A DNA stretch of 62,574 nucleotides, the filler included, from Stramenopiles sp. TOSAG23-3 (taxonomy: Eukaryota), in NCBI GenBank assembly GCA_900128585.1. It is 10 parts of 10 records of this genome, joined end to end, with 100 filler letters (N's around TTAATTAATTAA, not from the genome) between each part and the next. Parts side by side here need not be neighbours in the genome. Positions count along the whole stretch, not along the records: positions 42,996 to 53,602 come from LT642801.1; positions 53,703 to 55,397 come from LT645523.1; 8 more parts are not named here. One strand, written 5' to 3'. Below are positions 43,174 to 54,244 of this stretch, piece after piece. The position numbers and the translations under genes were made by a program. Numbering within the stretch: position 1 is the stretch's first letter; every line of letters begins with the position of its first letter. The notes under the pieces are model-generated. The model had not been told where the DNA came from and searched no databases. It was given only the letters and a program-made list of their open reading frames with translations.

Positions 43174-46100
43174 CTATGCGTTTCTCCAAGCAGTGAGGGG
43201 TTTCCACTTAGCAGGCCGTCCAGACTCTATTCCAGTTCTCAGGAACTTCCATTGGAACACCCCGCAATCCCAGCCCCCGACAGAAACTACACTCTCGTCG
43301 CCGAGGAGAAACCGCACATTCATTACGTGGCTACTGTGGCCGTTGTACGCGTTGCATGGCGCGTGCTGCACGACGCAGGGGGCGTTGAACACTTTCACTT
43401 GCCCGAAATCGTCGGCCGTAACGACATACTTTCCGTCAGAAGTTTTGTGCAGTGAGTTAACATCGGTCCCGTCAGAATACTCTGGCCAAATTCCCATGAC
43501 AGAGAATCCAAGTACGCAGGTCCACGAGTACCAGTCGGTATCGGCTTCTACCTTGTCTAAAGTACTTCGCAGGGGGGCCCCGCTGGGCATGTCCCAGTAT
43601 ATTATTTCGTACGCCCCGCAGTTGCTTTGAAGTATACGACTGTCCCTCGACCAATCGATATGGGTGATATAGGAAGTATGACCCTTGCAGCGTGTGATGA
43701 AATCATACGAGGAGCGAACGTCGTAAACATCCACAAAGTTGTCGTGGGAAGCAACTGCCAAGTACTGGCCGTTCGGGGAGTACTTCAGGTCGTCTATGGC
43801 TTCTCGGCAGTCGTGCACGGACTTCAACATTGCCAGGGTGTCACCTCGGAAGGAGGTGGCCTTGTGGTACGCGTACACCAGAAAAGCGCCATTCAGCAGC
43901 CCGACTGCAATCGATTTTCCGTCCGGGGAAAAGTGGCAGGAACGGCCGAAGTCCGGCAGGACGATTGCGCAGAGCTGGGCGCGGGTCGAACCGTCCCACA
44001 GACTAAGCTGCTTGTCTTCTCCCACGGTAGCAAACAGGCAATGGTTCGTTGGGTGCCTTGCCAGCCCATACACTGGCCCGTAGTGACTTCTAGAGATTAC
44101 CTTCGCCGAAGAGCCCACGGAGGACTTTCCGCTCTTTTTCGACTTTTGCTCTCTCGACGGTCTACCAAATGCGGCCGCCGATTTCGGCCTTCCCTTGTTC
44201 TCGTCCGCAAGTTTCAACGACCATATGTCTCCTCTGCTCGTGGTGCAGTATATCTCTCCAGAATTTTTGCTGAGGGCAAATGTCCGTACACCGTGCGAGC
44301 TCCCCGCCGGGACGTCGGGACCGACACGCCCCGCCCCCTTGTTCTTGCCACTGTCGTCCGCATTTTTCTGCTCTGTGTGGAAGGGGGCTACTGCCCCACT
44401 GTTTGTGGTTTTGAACATTGGTGCGGCTGTGCTCCCACCCGGCGCGATAATGGTGTCGTTGTGGGCTGGGCCCTGGCGTTGTTGGGCCGCTCGTAGCTCG
44501 CCGTGTGTCCCAGAGAGGTTGACGTGGGCGATCAGGTTCACGGAGAACTCCTTCGTCCCCCGCGACGCCCTGTCCATCCTCCATCTTTTCGCCTCCGCGT
44601 CTGCCCCACCCGTCAGCAGCGTGGTGGAGGAGGCATTGTAAGCGTACAAATCAATAGAGTACACGGGCCCCCGGTGCGCTTGAAAGCTTTGTATGCACTC
44701 CCCTTTTGACACGTCGAAAAGGTAGACGAGACCGTTGCTTCCCCCCGTTAGCAGTCGGGCACCGCCGTCGATGTACTTCCCACAGAAGGTCTTCCTTGGC
44801 AACCGATTTGCTTTTCCATAGCGTGAGTTTTTTACCAGCAATGGGTTCAGTCGGTCTTTCATGTTCAAATCCAACGTCCAGAATTTGGTGTGGTTGCAGC
44901 CGACGGTAGCGAACTTCATTACTTTGCGACTGTTGTCGAGCGACGATGCATTTGTGGGAACAATAATTCCAAACACCTGCGGCGGAGCCCCATTCTGGCA
45001 CCCGGACTCCGCAATGAATTTTCCCGGGGTAGGCTCCCCTTTCGTGGCAAGGCCGTGAATTTCGAGGCCTTCCTGCTCCGACTTCGACAGTTTCCACTTC
45101 CATATCCCGATCGCGTGGTGATCGTCGGAGCCGATTCCACATATATAGCTGCTCGAATTTCCCAGGAACGAGACGGCGCAAACAGCCCGGTGAAAGAAAC
45201 CCCCGGAACCCACAACAGAGAAAATCTCGAATGTCTCGATGGACCAGACGACGACCCGGGGGTTGGCCCCCAGCTGGCCGCTCGCGGCGACTTTGCGAGA
45301 ACGGTCCAGCGTCAGCACTGTGATATCGTCGTCATGGTTGATGAAATGCCGCTGGGTGTTCTTCTTTGGGTCGTACACGACAACGACAGCGGCAATGTTG
45401 TACACCAACTCCCCCGCGGCGGACAAGTGAAAATTGTGGGGGGAACGACCGTTGCAGCCGTAGACCCACTCCAGCTCTAGGTCTGCATCGGGCGTCTTTG
45501 CCGATCTTGCCATATCAGCGGGGTCCCAGCCGGACGGCGGTTGAACCGAGGTACGGCTATAGCGGTACTTCATTCTCTGCGGCACCTCTCCCTTGGATAT
45601 CGGCTTGACGACGCGCTCCCCGTAGTGCCCTTGGTCAAACGGTCCCTGCAAAACGACGGGGCGCTCGTCGTCTTCGTACTGCAACGCCAGCAGAGCCTCG
45701 TACTCCTCGGCCGTCCGCCCGTCCTGCTTCTGCGGTCTTGACCTACTGCCATGACCGCGTGGGGGAAACAACAAGTTCGACAAAAGGGTCTTGTTCCCAC
45801 CGTTGGTCGAACGCCACAGGGACGTCACCTCCTCGTCAGTCATCGGCTTTGTCCCATTTTCTGTGAACGCACGAAGGACAAACCCGAAATCCCTTCGGCG
45901 CAGTCGTGCGTGGTTACCATACCTGTCGCAGACAGTCTTCAATATTTTCTTTCCAATCTCAATCTGCATCGCAGAGATGTGGTACTGGAGCCTGTCGTCG
46001 GTGGTGAGGAGCTTCTCCCTGCCCTGGCCCCGCAATATGACTTCCTGACGGAGGCGTTTCAGCAACCGATGCGAATCCCACACGTCTGGCAGGGGACCCG

Positions 46101-47676
46101 TGGGCCTCGGCGTCGATATTCGAGAAGATACCACGCTTTCCCTGTCGCTCGCGGAAGATCCACGGGAGGAGTTAACCGCCTGTCTGGACGATTGCTGCCT
46201 TGATGACGGTCTCCTGCCGTTCGACTGGTGGTCGTTGGCGAACGGGGCAGCGGCTGCCCCGGGGGCAGAGACCCTCTTGGCAGCCGGCGGCCTTCCAAAA
46301 GTTCTATCTTTTCCCTCTTTCGACTTCTTTCCGTGTTTGGACTTCCCAGCTTTCCCAGCGGCACCGAATGTTTTCAACCCGACAGCTTTGATTCCCCGTT
46401 TGCGAAGAATGGCTTTCATTGTTTTGATATCATCGGCGGCAATGCCAAGGTCGTCCGTTATCTCTTCGACGCTCTGGCGGCCATCCTCGTGCGTGACAAG
46501 GACCCGGCGGCAAGTGCTGTTCTGATAGTTCCCTTTGCCCCCGCTGATGTGCCAGGCATTGCGAATCATCAGCTCAAAATAGTCGTCGCTTTCGATCGCA
46601 GCCCCGATGTTTCTATAGTAGGTTTTGAACTCGTCTTTCGTAACAATTCCGTCCTTGTTCGCACTGTCGAAGGCATCCAAAAGGTGCTTCAACGCGTCCG
46701 CTTCCGATATTTTGCCAGACACAACGTCTGGAAGCAGCGAGACGTCGTACACGCCTGCCAGGTCATCAATCGTGATGACCCCATCGCCAGTCTTGTCCAT
46801 GACGTCAAAAGCCTTCAGAACCAGCTTTTCCCGCCGCTCATTCAAAGGCCCCGCCAAACCGAGGAGAAACTCGTCGAAATCGATGGAACCGTTCCCGTCG
46901 GTGTCAAAATACGCAAACAGGGTGTCGATGTCGTCGTCGGCCAAGTTCACTTTGAAATCTTTCAGGCCATACTTCAACTCCTCCTTCGAAAGCTTACGGT
47001 CCCCGCTGTCGTCCATGACTTTCATGATTCTGGAGACGCCGTGAATCCCGGTAGTCCCGCCACGTTCAACGATCTGTTGCTTTATGCGGTCGACAATCCT
47101 GGTAGATTCTTTTTGTCGACCCTCCTGGGAGGACCCAGACTTATCCCCCCTGGAGACGGGCTCGTCCCCTCGGTAAAACGGTGCATTCTGCACCGCAGAC
47201 TTCGTGGCAGGGGCCTTCCTCGCCTTGGAACGCCCGGCGAGAAAACCGTTCCCCCGGGAAGGGGATGAGTTCCTCTTGCTCTCCGATTGGCTGGTATTTT
47301 TGGCCCGGGGCTTGACCTTCTTGTCCCCAAGCATGCAAGCGATAAATTCATTGACGGACAAGATGTTGCTCCCGTCTTCGTCAAAGTAATCAAACAGTGC
47401 GCGGACAACGCCCTCTTTGATCCCTTGCAAGTAAGGCGCCATACCCTTTGCAAACTCGGAAAACTCGACGTCCCCCGAACGGTCGACGTCTACGTTCCGA
47501 AAAGCGATTTCCACCGTCCTCCGCGGGGTATGACCCTTCCTTGTTTTCGCCAACACGTTCTCACGAAGGGTCACAACAATCTTTTCAAGCTCAGCAGTAG
47601 GTACATTCGCAGAAGCAGTCTTGCGTTGCTGTTGCTGCAAGCGCAAGCGTTGGCGGGCCTTTGTAAAGGCACTCAT
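43174..47676 (-). CDS. EF-hand/calcyphosin-like + EML (HELP-WD40 tandem propeller) microtubule-associated protein
   Basis: Multiple EF-hands (DVDRSGDVEFSEF, DTDGNGSIDFDEF, DDYFELMIRNAW); LELEWVYG, GHTSYITHIDWS and GHSSHVMNVRF. Likely ATG at 47676. Confidence 0.9.
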   Translation of the reverse strand: MSAFTKARQRLRLQQQQRKTASANVPTAELEKIVVTLRENVLAKTRKGHTPRRTVEIAFRNVDVDRSGDVEFSEFAKGMAPYLQGIKEGVVRALFDYFDEDGSNILSVNEFIACMLGDKKVKPRAKNTSQSESKRNSSPSRGNGFLAGRSKARKAPATKSAVQNAPFYRGDEPVSRGDKSGSSQEGRQKESTRIVDRIKQQIVERGGTTGIHGVSRIMKVMDDSGDRKLSKEELKYGLKDFKVNLADDDIDTLFAYFDTDGNGSIDFDEFLLGLAGPLNERREKLVLKAFDVMDKTGDGVITIDDLAGVYDVSLLPDVVSGKISEADALKHLLDAFDSANKDGIVTKDEFKTYYRNIGAAIESDDYFELMIRNAWHISGGKGNYQNSTCRRVLVTHEDGRQSVEEITDDLGIAADDIKTMKAILRKRGIKAVGLKTFGAAGKAGKSKHGKKSKEGKDRTFGRPPAAKRVSAPGAAAAPFANDHQSNGRRPSSRQQSSRQAVNSSRGSSASDRESVVSSRISTPRPTGPLPDVWDSHRLLKRLRQEVILRGQGREKLLTTDDRLQYHISAMQIEIGKKILKTVCDRYGNHARLRRRDFGFVLRAFTENGTKPMTDEEVTSLWRSTNGGNKTLLSNLLFPPRGHGSRSRPQKQDGRTAEEYEALLALQYEDDERPVVLQGPFDQGHYGERVVKPISKGEVPQRMKYRYSRTSVQPPSGWDPADMARSAKTPDADLELEWVYGCNGRSPHNFHLSAAGELVYNIAAVVVVYDPKKNTQRHFINHDDDITVLTLDRSRKVAASGQLGANPRVVVWSIETFEIFSVVGSGGFFHRAVCAVSFLGNSSSYICGIGSDDHHAIGIWKWKLSKSEQEGLEIHGLATKGEPTPGKFIAESGCQNGAPPQVFGIIVPTNASSLDNSRKVMKFATVGCNHTKFWTLDLNMKDRLNPLLVKNSRYGKANRLPRKTFCGKYIDGGARLLTGGSNGLVYLFDVSKGECIQSFQAHRGPVYSIDLYAYNASSTTLLTGGADAEAKRWRMDRASRGTKEFSVNLIAHVNLSGTHGELRAAQQRQGPAHNDTIIAPGGSTAAPMFKTTNSGAVAPFHTEQKNADDSGKNKGAGRVGPDVPAGSSHGVRTFALSKNSGEIYCTTSRGDIWSLKLADENKGRPKSAAAFGRPSREQKSKKSGKSSVGSSAKVISRSHYGPVYGLARHPTNHCLFATVGEDKQLSLWDGSTRAQLCAIVLPDFGRSCHFSPDGKSIAVGLLNGAFLVYAYHKATSFRGDTLAMLKSVHDCREAIDDLKYSPNGQYLAVASHDNFVDVYDVRSSYDFITRCKGHTSYITHIDWSRDSRILQSNCGAYEIIYWDMPSGAPLRSTLDKVEADTDWYSWTCVLGFSVMGIWPEYSDGTDVNSLHKTSDGKYVVTADDFGQVKVFNAPCVVQHAPCNAYNGHSSHVMNVRFLLGDESVVSVGGWDCGVFQWKFLRTGIESGRPAKWKPLTAWRNA

Positions 47677-48775
47677 GGCGTGTACTATATGAAAGCGAAT
47701 AAATGGGTAGTTGCAAAATTTCCCTACCTCTTGAATATTACAAAGCAAACGTGCAGTAAAGTCTTACTTGAACAAAGAACAAATACGTTTCCTTTAACTG
47801 GCTGTTTATTTAAAACACATGAATGTATATGTACGTATATTCATTCGTGACACTTCAATAAATACGAGGAGATACAGTGAAAACAACAAAGAAGAGTGGT
47901 GAGATTTTTTTAATTATTATTTGTTTTTTACATAAACACAGTACAGCGTTTAGAATACGTACACATTTTAAATTTTTAAAATATTAATAGTACCTAATAA
48001 TTCAAAATTGCAATGGACATATAGAGACTAGAACGACTATTAATACCCTTGAATGAAAATAAATGAGTAACGGCGGTGATGATCATCCGATCATCGAGAA
48101 GAAGCAAGAAAAGAGGAAAAGAAGAGGAAACTCAACAAAGACTACGAGGAATTCTTCAATTTTTTATTTTCAGAAGAATTCAGAATAGAAAGAATTAGAA
48201 TTAAAACTTCGTAGACTAAGTACATAATATATTTCAAATTGGGGGTGGTGTGTCCTTATAAATACGAGAGTATATTAGTCTAATAAGTATTCAGCTGATC
48301 ATTTTTATATATTCTTCGTAAAATGAAAATAATAATAAAATAATAAATAAAGAAGAAAAAGAAGAAACGAAAGAAGAAAGAAGAAATGTGACAACGTCCA
48401 ATATAAGCGTACGTTAGGACCTCGTATTATTATGAGGTAGGACGGAGAGAGATAATGTCAATATATGAAATGCATGGATCCAATGGAGGATGGATGGATG
48501 GATGGTTATTTGGTTTTTTGTTTGGTGATTTTGTGAGGAGTCTGGAGAGAGTAGAGTAGAGTAGATAAATAGATATCTGTTTGAGTGCTTGTTTGATTTA
48601 AAGAAAATAGGAAAAACAAAAAAACAGTTCATTTGGTTACATGGCTCTTGTAATTAAAAAACACATTTAGCAGTATTAATAGCACGTACGTTTCTTCTTC
48701 TCACGTCCTGTTCGAAGACTGCCTATACGAATACGAATAATTAGACGAACTGAGGTTCTCCAAAAAGGACTTATT

Positions 48776-50299
48776 ATGGGGCGGCACTCCCTCCTTCTCA
48801 ACGTTTTGGTCGTTCCTTTCTTACTAGCTGAATGGGAGGCGAGTGCGTTCCAGCTGAGCTCGGCATGTTCAAAGCCACCGTCCCAGTCCGAAGAGAACCC
48901 TTGCGTCTGCCCTACTGACGTGCGAGTGGAAGGTCCAGTCACAAACTCGTCCTGGATATGGAATTACGACTACGGCACGTGGCAGCCGCGAATTAACGAC
49001 AAAAACGATGCTCCAATTAAGATAGCCGGGGACGGAGTTGCCGGCGGAACGTTCAAGTGGGAGTTTATGGAAGGAAGCACGGGAAACAAATACGTCGTTC
49101 AGGAGCTGACGTACTGGGGTGTCCCAGAAGAAGGGGCAGTCGACGACGCGAAAACTAGCTTGATGAGGGACCTCCCGGGTGGTCCCAACGGGACCAAAAT
49201 CATGGACCGTTTCGGGGCACACGTTGCGAACGTAGTGTACTCTTGCCAAATGGTATGGAGTGGCGTCTCTGGCAGGTGGTGGACGGTTCTTTCCGCCACC
49301 AGCGCGAATCGCGACGGCCAGTCCACCCCAATAGTTCCATCCTGCTCAGCGGGCGCGGCAACGGGCGACTGCCCCGTGAGTCCTACGTGCTACTTGCGAA
49401 AAGCGGACTGTGCGTGGGATCCGAGCGCGGAAGATTGGAACTGTGGCGACGAGAGCGGCGTGGGCCCCTGTGCATGGGACCCAAGCGGGATAATGGAGGA
49501 CAGCGAGCTGAACGATATTCAGATGAACAACAACTTGTACGATTCGTGCAATTACCCAATGTTGGCCAGCACCATGGCATTTCCAGCTGCGGCGATGGTC
49601 GAGGACCCGACATCGAACCAGACAGTTGTGATTGGAAACCCCGCCACTACAAGGAACGGCGCGGAGCTGAAGCCTGCCGACGGGGGCGTGGGCGGCGGCT
49701 TGTTTGATACGTTGCTGCTGTGCGAGGACGTGTTGGACGTGAGCGGGAAAACGCCAGTGTGCAGTAATGGGCAGCCGGCCCCAGGCCCTAGTCCAAGCCC
49801 CAGCCCCCCCCCACCGCCCGCTCCCTACTCCAATTGGCCCCAATGCCCGTCCATCGTGAAGAGTTACTGGACCCGGACCATGTGCCAAGGTTTCCTCAAC
49901 TGTTTGAACGTACGGTTGATTGAAAACTATGCTGTTCGGGTCTTGTCAATGCGTTTTTTGTCCGTTATCTTTACCGGTGGAGGAATTTTTGCGGCTGGGT
50001 GGCTGTTCTTCTTCTTCAATGTTCGCGACCCCCCCGAAGGGGAGGAGCCGTCCGACGTCGACAAGAAACTTCGCCCCCCGAGCGCGTACATAACAGCGGC
50101 ACGGAAAAAAGGTAGTAGAAACGCCATGAGGTGCAGCATTTGCACAACTACCATTGTCGAGACGGGCGAAATAGAGGTGCTCTCATGCTCTCATTGCGGT
50201 GCGCCTCGTAAGCAGTTTTTGACTTTTTCAAAATACGTGAACGATTGGGTAAAAGTAGACTTGTCTGAGCCAAGGGCAGAGGAGCACAGGCGATCATGA
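48776..50299 (+). CDS. Type I membrane protein with Cys-rich ectodomain, Pro stalk, TM and cytosolic rubredoxin-like CxxC..CxxC
   Basis: Signal peptide; TM FLSVIFTGGGIFAAGWLFFFF; CSIC...CSHCGAPRKQF. Confidence 0.7.
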   Translation: MGRHSLLLNVLVVPFLLAEWEASAFQLSSACSKPPSQSEENPCVCPTDVRVEGPVTNSSWIWNYDYGTWQPRINDKNDAPIKIAGDGVAGGTFKWEFMEGSTGNKYVVQELTYWGVPEEGAVDDAKTSLMRDLPGGPNGTKIMDRFGAHVANVVYSCQMVWSGVSGRWWTVLSATSANRDGQSTPIVPSCSAGAATGDCPVSPTCYLRKADCAWDPSAEDWNCGDESGVGPCAWDPSGIMEDSELNDIQMNNNLYDSCNYPMLASTMAFPAAAMVEDPTSNQTVVIGNPATTRNGAELKPADGGVGGGLFDTLLLCEDVLDVSGKTPVCSNGQPAPGPSPSPSPPPPPAPYSNWPQCPSIVKSYWTRTMCQGFLNCLNVRLIENYAVRVLSMRFLSVIFTGGGIFAAGWLFFFFNVRDPPEGEEPSDVDKKLRPPSAYITAARKKGSRNAMRCSICTTTIVETGEIEVLSCSHCGAPRKQFLTFSKYVNDWVKVDLSEPRAEEHRRS

Positions 50300-50594
50300 A
50301 ATATTAGTAAGGAGTACTTAATCATATGACTAATTCTTAACATTAGTACTTTGTTAACTTCCTAAATTTAATAATACGATTTCATGGTAAGTGCTACGAA
50401 CTAAATTAGTACAAGTACGAGAATAATTTTATTTATCTGAAAACACTTTTGAGCCTTTAAATTCTCAAAAATGATCCTTTTTTCATAAAGATCGCGCCAA
50501 AGATAGGTGCATCCGGAATATTTCGTCTCCCTTGTGATATTATTAATGCTGTGTGAATATAATATTGAAATAACATAATCACAGTGTTATTATT

Positions 50595-50890
50595 TTGATC
50601 CTGTTGTGTATTTTTTTTTTTTTTTTCGTTGTTATTTCCTGTTGTTGCATCGTCTTCTTCGTTTGTTTCTTCTTCTTCGTTTGTTTCTTCTTCTTCTTCT
50701 TCTTCTTCTTCTGCTTCTTCTTCTTCTGCTTCTTCCTCGTCGTTCGTATCTTCTCCTCTTCTCCTCCGCCGTTCGAAGAACAACAAAAAAAAACAATAAT
50801 AAAAAAAACAAACCCCCCACCCCCAAAAAAAAACAAAAAAACAAACAAAAATATAGAAACAAATAAAAATCCTCTACCACCAAAACAAAA
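50595..50890. repeat. Low-complexity TTC microsatellite and A/C-rich tract
   Basis: (ttc)n and poly-A/C runs. Confidence 0.85.
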
Positions 50891-51020
50891 TACTGTTATT
50901 GAAGAAGTATACACTTATAGAAGAATGTAAATATTCGAATGATGCTTGAACACGCATTTGTAATATTGAACGAAATCAATAATTGTATCGTTTCTTCAAG
51001 ATTCAACTGGGTGGACAGAA

Positions 51021-51674
51021 ATGAACACAGGGTTTCGTTTGCTTTTGACCGGTCGCCTCGCCTCCTCTCGGACAGTCGCAGGTCGCTACCAAGTTCGTGC
51101 AAACCACGGCGGGTTCCGGCCAAAGCATGGCCCACCGAATAGAAATATTTCAGATGATTTCGGAGAGGAGGCATCGTATGGAAGGTTTGCCCAGAACGTA
51201 CAGGCAAAGAAGTTGGATATCGCAAGAACTGAATGGGGCCCGTCAAACCGTTACACTTTGTTCTACGACGGGGGCTGCCCACTTTGCACAAAGGAAATCA
51301 GGCACTACATGAACCTTCACGATACGCTGACAGTTCCTGTGATTAGTTTTTACAATATAGACTCTCTTCCAATTCATCCAGAGTTAGAGAGAAGGGGAAT
51401 CACAAATACGGAATGCATGAAACGGATACATGCGCTAGACGAGGGAGGGACACTCCTAAAAAATTTCGAGGCCTTCCAACAGTTGTGGCTTCGTCTTCCG
51501 TACTGGAAACTTCTAGGTATGTTTGGAAATGTTCCTGGGGTAGCGCAGGTTGCAAACTACGCGTACGGATACTTTGCAGAAAGGCGATTTAAGTGGAGGT
51601 CCTCAGAAGCTAGCGCTGGGACTGCATGCTCCATAAAACAGGATGGTGCGTCGAAGAAGAAGAACACTTTGTAG
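51021..51674 (+). CDS. DCC1-like thiol-disulfide oxidoreductase (DUF393) with possible organellar presequence
   Basis: FYDGGCPLC, RIHA...AF...W and AYGYFAERR; R-rich N-terminus. Confidence 0.9.
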   Translation: MNTGFRLLLTGRLASSRTVAGRYQVRANHGGFRPKHGPPNRNISDDFGEEASYGRFAQNVQAKKLDIARTEWGPSNRYTLFYDGGCPLCTKEIRHYMNLHDTLTVPVISFYNIDSLPIHPELERRGITNTECMKRIHALDEGGTLLKNFEAFQQLWLRLPYWKLLGMFGNVPGVAQVANYAYGYFAERRFKWRSSEASAGTACSIKQDGASKKKNTL

Positions 51675-52590
51675 GCATGTTGGCAAATATTCACCCCGTA
51701 GTCAAGGCTAGTAGATTTTTTGAAAATAATTGACCCAAGTTTCACTAAAAATCAGAAGTTCGTAGAAGTACGAAAAAGCACGCATGCATGTGTTGAACAT
51801 GATATCGTTTGCCTTTTCTGCCGGCAGATATTAACTGTACAATAGTGTCTAATGGAGGCATTTTGGGTTTTGTTCTTAAAAGACTGTGCTGCGGTAAAAG
51901 TTTTTTTGTGGTGTACTGATAAAATTCGTACAACATGTATTTTCATATTTTTATTATCATACTTGTAAACAACAGCCATTTTTTTGTTTTTATTATACTA
52001 CTTCTTGTATTCTAAAAAACATGTGTGAAGGAAATGTAAACCTCAAATGGACAAAAGCTGAGTAGATTCATTTTCGCGGTATGAGGAAGCTAAACTTCAA
52101 TTACTCTATCAATAACAGCCAATTTTTTGTTTTTAAATAAAGTGTACTTAGTACTTGGTACATCGTAGAGATCAGTTCTTGGTACATTAATTTTTATTAC
52201 TGATTCGGAGCACACATGGAAATGATAGTCAAGACTAAGTGACAAGAGTATATTGATTACTAAAATCACAATATAGTAGAGATCATTTCCCAGTACATGA
52301 AGGAATCTAAACCTCTAATGGACAAATGCTGAGTAGATTCATTTTCGCGGTATAAGAGGAAGCTAAATTTTAAGTACTTTCCTTTTTTTGAATTGTCTAA
52401 ATTTAGAGTTCAGTTCGCAGTACATTAATTTTAATTACTTCAATAACAGCCAATTTTCTTGCTTTAATTATGATACTTAAATAAAACAGCCAATTTTTCG
52501 TTTTTATCGTAAACTTAGATAAATTTACGCGTCAGAAGTGTGCAGATGCCGCGGGCGCGAATGTGCCATTTTATCACCAGCAGGAGTGCC

Positions 52591-53427
52591 TCACGCATCT
52601 TCCAGATCGTCACCACCAAAAAGCGATGCATCTACTGATGTGCCTGATCCCGGTTTGTTCTCCGATAGGACGCTAGAACCAAACACCTGGTCCCCTTCTT
52701 CCGCCATCATTTCGGCAAGAAAAGCAGCGTCTGAAGTGATCATCTTGGTGTCCATCTCAAACAATCGTTTTCCAGTCAGCTTCCTGTCCACCTTTCCTTT
52801 CCCTAATTTCGTCTTCAAAGAAAGCTCCTCCAACCTGGCGAGTGTTTCCTTTTCTTCGATTTTGTCATACTCTGCGATGAATACAGTGTTCCACTCTTGA
52901 AAATTCTGCTTTGTGACCGGTGTCCCAAAGCGTTTTAAGCGCCCGGAAGCACTGTTGTGCACTGCCAGCCGCTCTTTCTCCTCCTTTAGTTTTTGAGCAT
53001 CCTCTTCCTGTTTGAGTGCCTCTGCCTTTTGCCGTTCGCGCTCCATCATTTCGGAATGAATCGACCCATCGGTAGCGGGCCTATTGTTGTTCAAGAGCCA
53101 CTCTACAATACTATCGGCGATGGTGTAAATCATCGGCATCCCTATGTTCTCCTCCACACAGCTGTTGACCACAGTCTCCAGGTCAGGGAGTTGCTTCTCT
53201 TTCAAGCCTTTCACTATTTTCAACTCGAAATTTGGGGCTACGTCAGGATAAGTCTCCGTATATGTACACACAAATTGAACACAAACATGATTTTCAGCTT
53301 CACCCCCCCCCTGCACGGGCACCAGGGTGATTGAAAAACTTTTATCGTCGATCACACTGTACTCGTCGCAAAACATGGCCTCCAAGGCCTCCATTTCCAT
53401 TTCCTGCTCTTCTTTGTAGTCCACCAT
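52591..53427 (-). CDS. RWDD1: RWD-domain protein (RWDD1/Gir2)
   Basis: EEQEMEMEALEAMF, YPDVAP, IGMPMIYT, GTPVT..F..W and KLTGKRLFE. Confidence 0.92.
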   Translation of the reverse strand: MVDYKEEQEMEMEALEAMFCDEYSVIDDKSFSITLVPVQGGGEAENHVCVQFVCTYTETYPDVAPNFELKIVKGLKEKQLPDLETVVNSCVEENIGMPMIYTIADSIVEWLLNNNRPATDGSIHSEMMERERQKAEALKQEEDAQKLKEEKERLAVHNSASGRLKRFGTPVTKQNFQEWNTVFIAEYDKIEEKETLARLEELSLKTKLGKGKVDRKLTGKRLFEMDTKMITSDAAFLAEMMAEEGDQVFGSSVLSENKPGSGTSVDASLFGGDDLEDA

Positions 53428-53704
53428 AGTCTATACGTTCCCTTACCAACGCGTGAAAAGAAATAGTCAGTAACCACCGTATGTATTGTATTCGCGCATT
53501 CGAATCTCTTCACGGAAAGTTGTGTTATATTTAAAGTGTCTCTCTCTCTCTCTCTCTCAAATTTTTTCATTCAATTTTCTTCATGTACACACACGAATGA
53601 AGNNNNNNNNNNNNNNNNNNNNNNNNNNNNNNNNNNNNNNNNNNNNTTAATTAATTAANNNNNNNNNNNNNNNNNNNNNNNNNNNNNNNNNNNNNNNNNN
53701 NNGT

Positions 53705-54103
53705 GATATTGCGGACGGGAAGTTGGCAAGGGCCTGGAAAGTTCAATCAAAAGTAGGAGCAACATTCGATGGGCTTGCTGATATGATGGCATTTGGCATA
53801 GGCCCCCCTATGTATTTCGGCATAAGGTATGCGGGGGAGAACGACCTCGATGTCCTGCCGCTGTTGGCTATCACGATTTACGTGGGAGCCGCCGTCTACC
53901 GTATTTCCAGGTTCCTTGTCCTAACGTTCTCGTACTACAACGGGTCGTTCAAAGGCATGCCGACAAACGTTGCAGGGTGTATATTTCACATGTGCGTCGC
54001 CGTTCTTGGGTTTGAGCATTGGTCTCAGCCATGGATCCTGTGCTTTCTTGGCGTACTAATGGTTTCGTCCATTCCCTTCGAAAAGCCATCTTTTCTACTT
54101 TAG
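53705..54103 (+). CDS. CDP-alcohol phosphatidyltransferase (PssA/CHO1-like), 5'-truncated
   Basis: DIADGKLAR...GATFDGLAD signature; FKGMP and LMVSSIPF. Confidence 0.85.
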   Translation, partial: DIADGKLARAWKVQSKVGATFDGLADMMAFGIGPPMYFGIRYAGENDLDVLPLLAITIYVGAAVYRISRFLVLTFSYYNGSFKGMPTNVAGCIFHMCVAVLGFEHWSQPWILCFLGVLMVSSIPFEKPSFLL

Positions 54104-54244
54104 TCTTGGAGGAGGGAGAAAAAAGAGAGGAGAAAGAGAAATCTATAAGTAATTTACCATCAATACGAAGTAAGATTATCACATTGAACATAAAGTTTAC
54201 TCCTTTACTTATGACACGGTATCAGCACGTGTGCTCCAGCACAT

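Noticed and set aside
50457-50930. Poly-E/K/F/R ORFs
   Set aside because: Products of microsatellite and low-complexity DNA.
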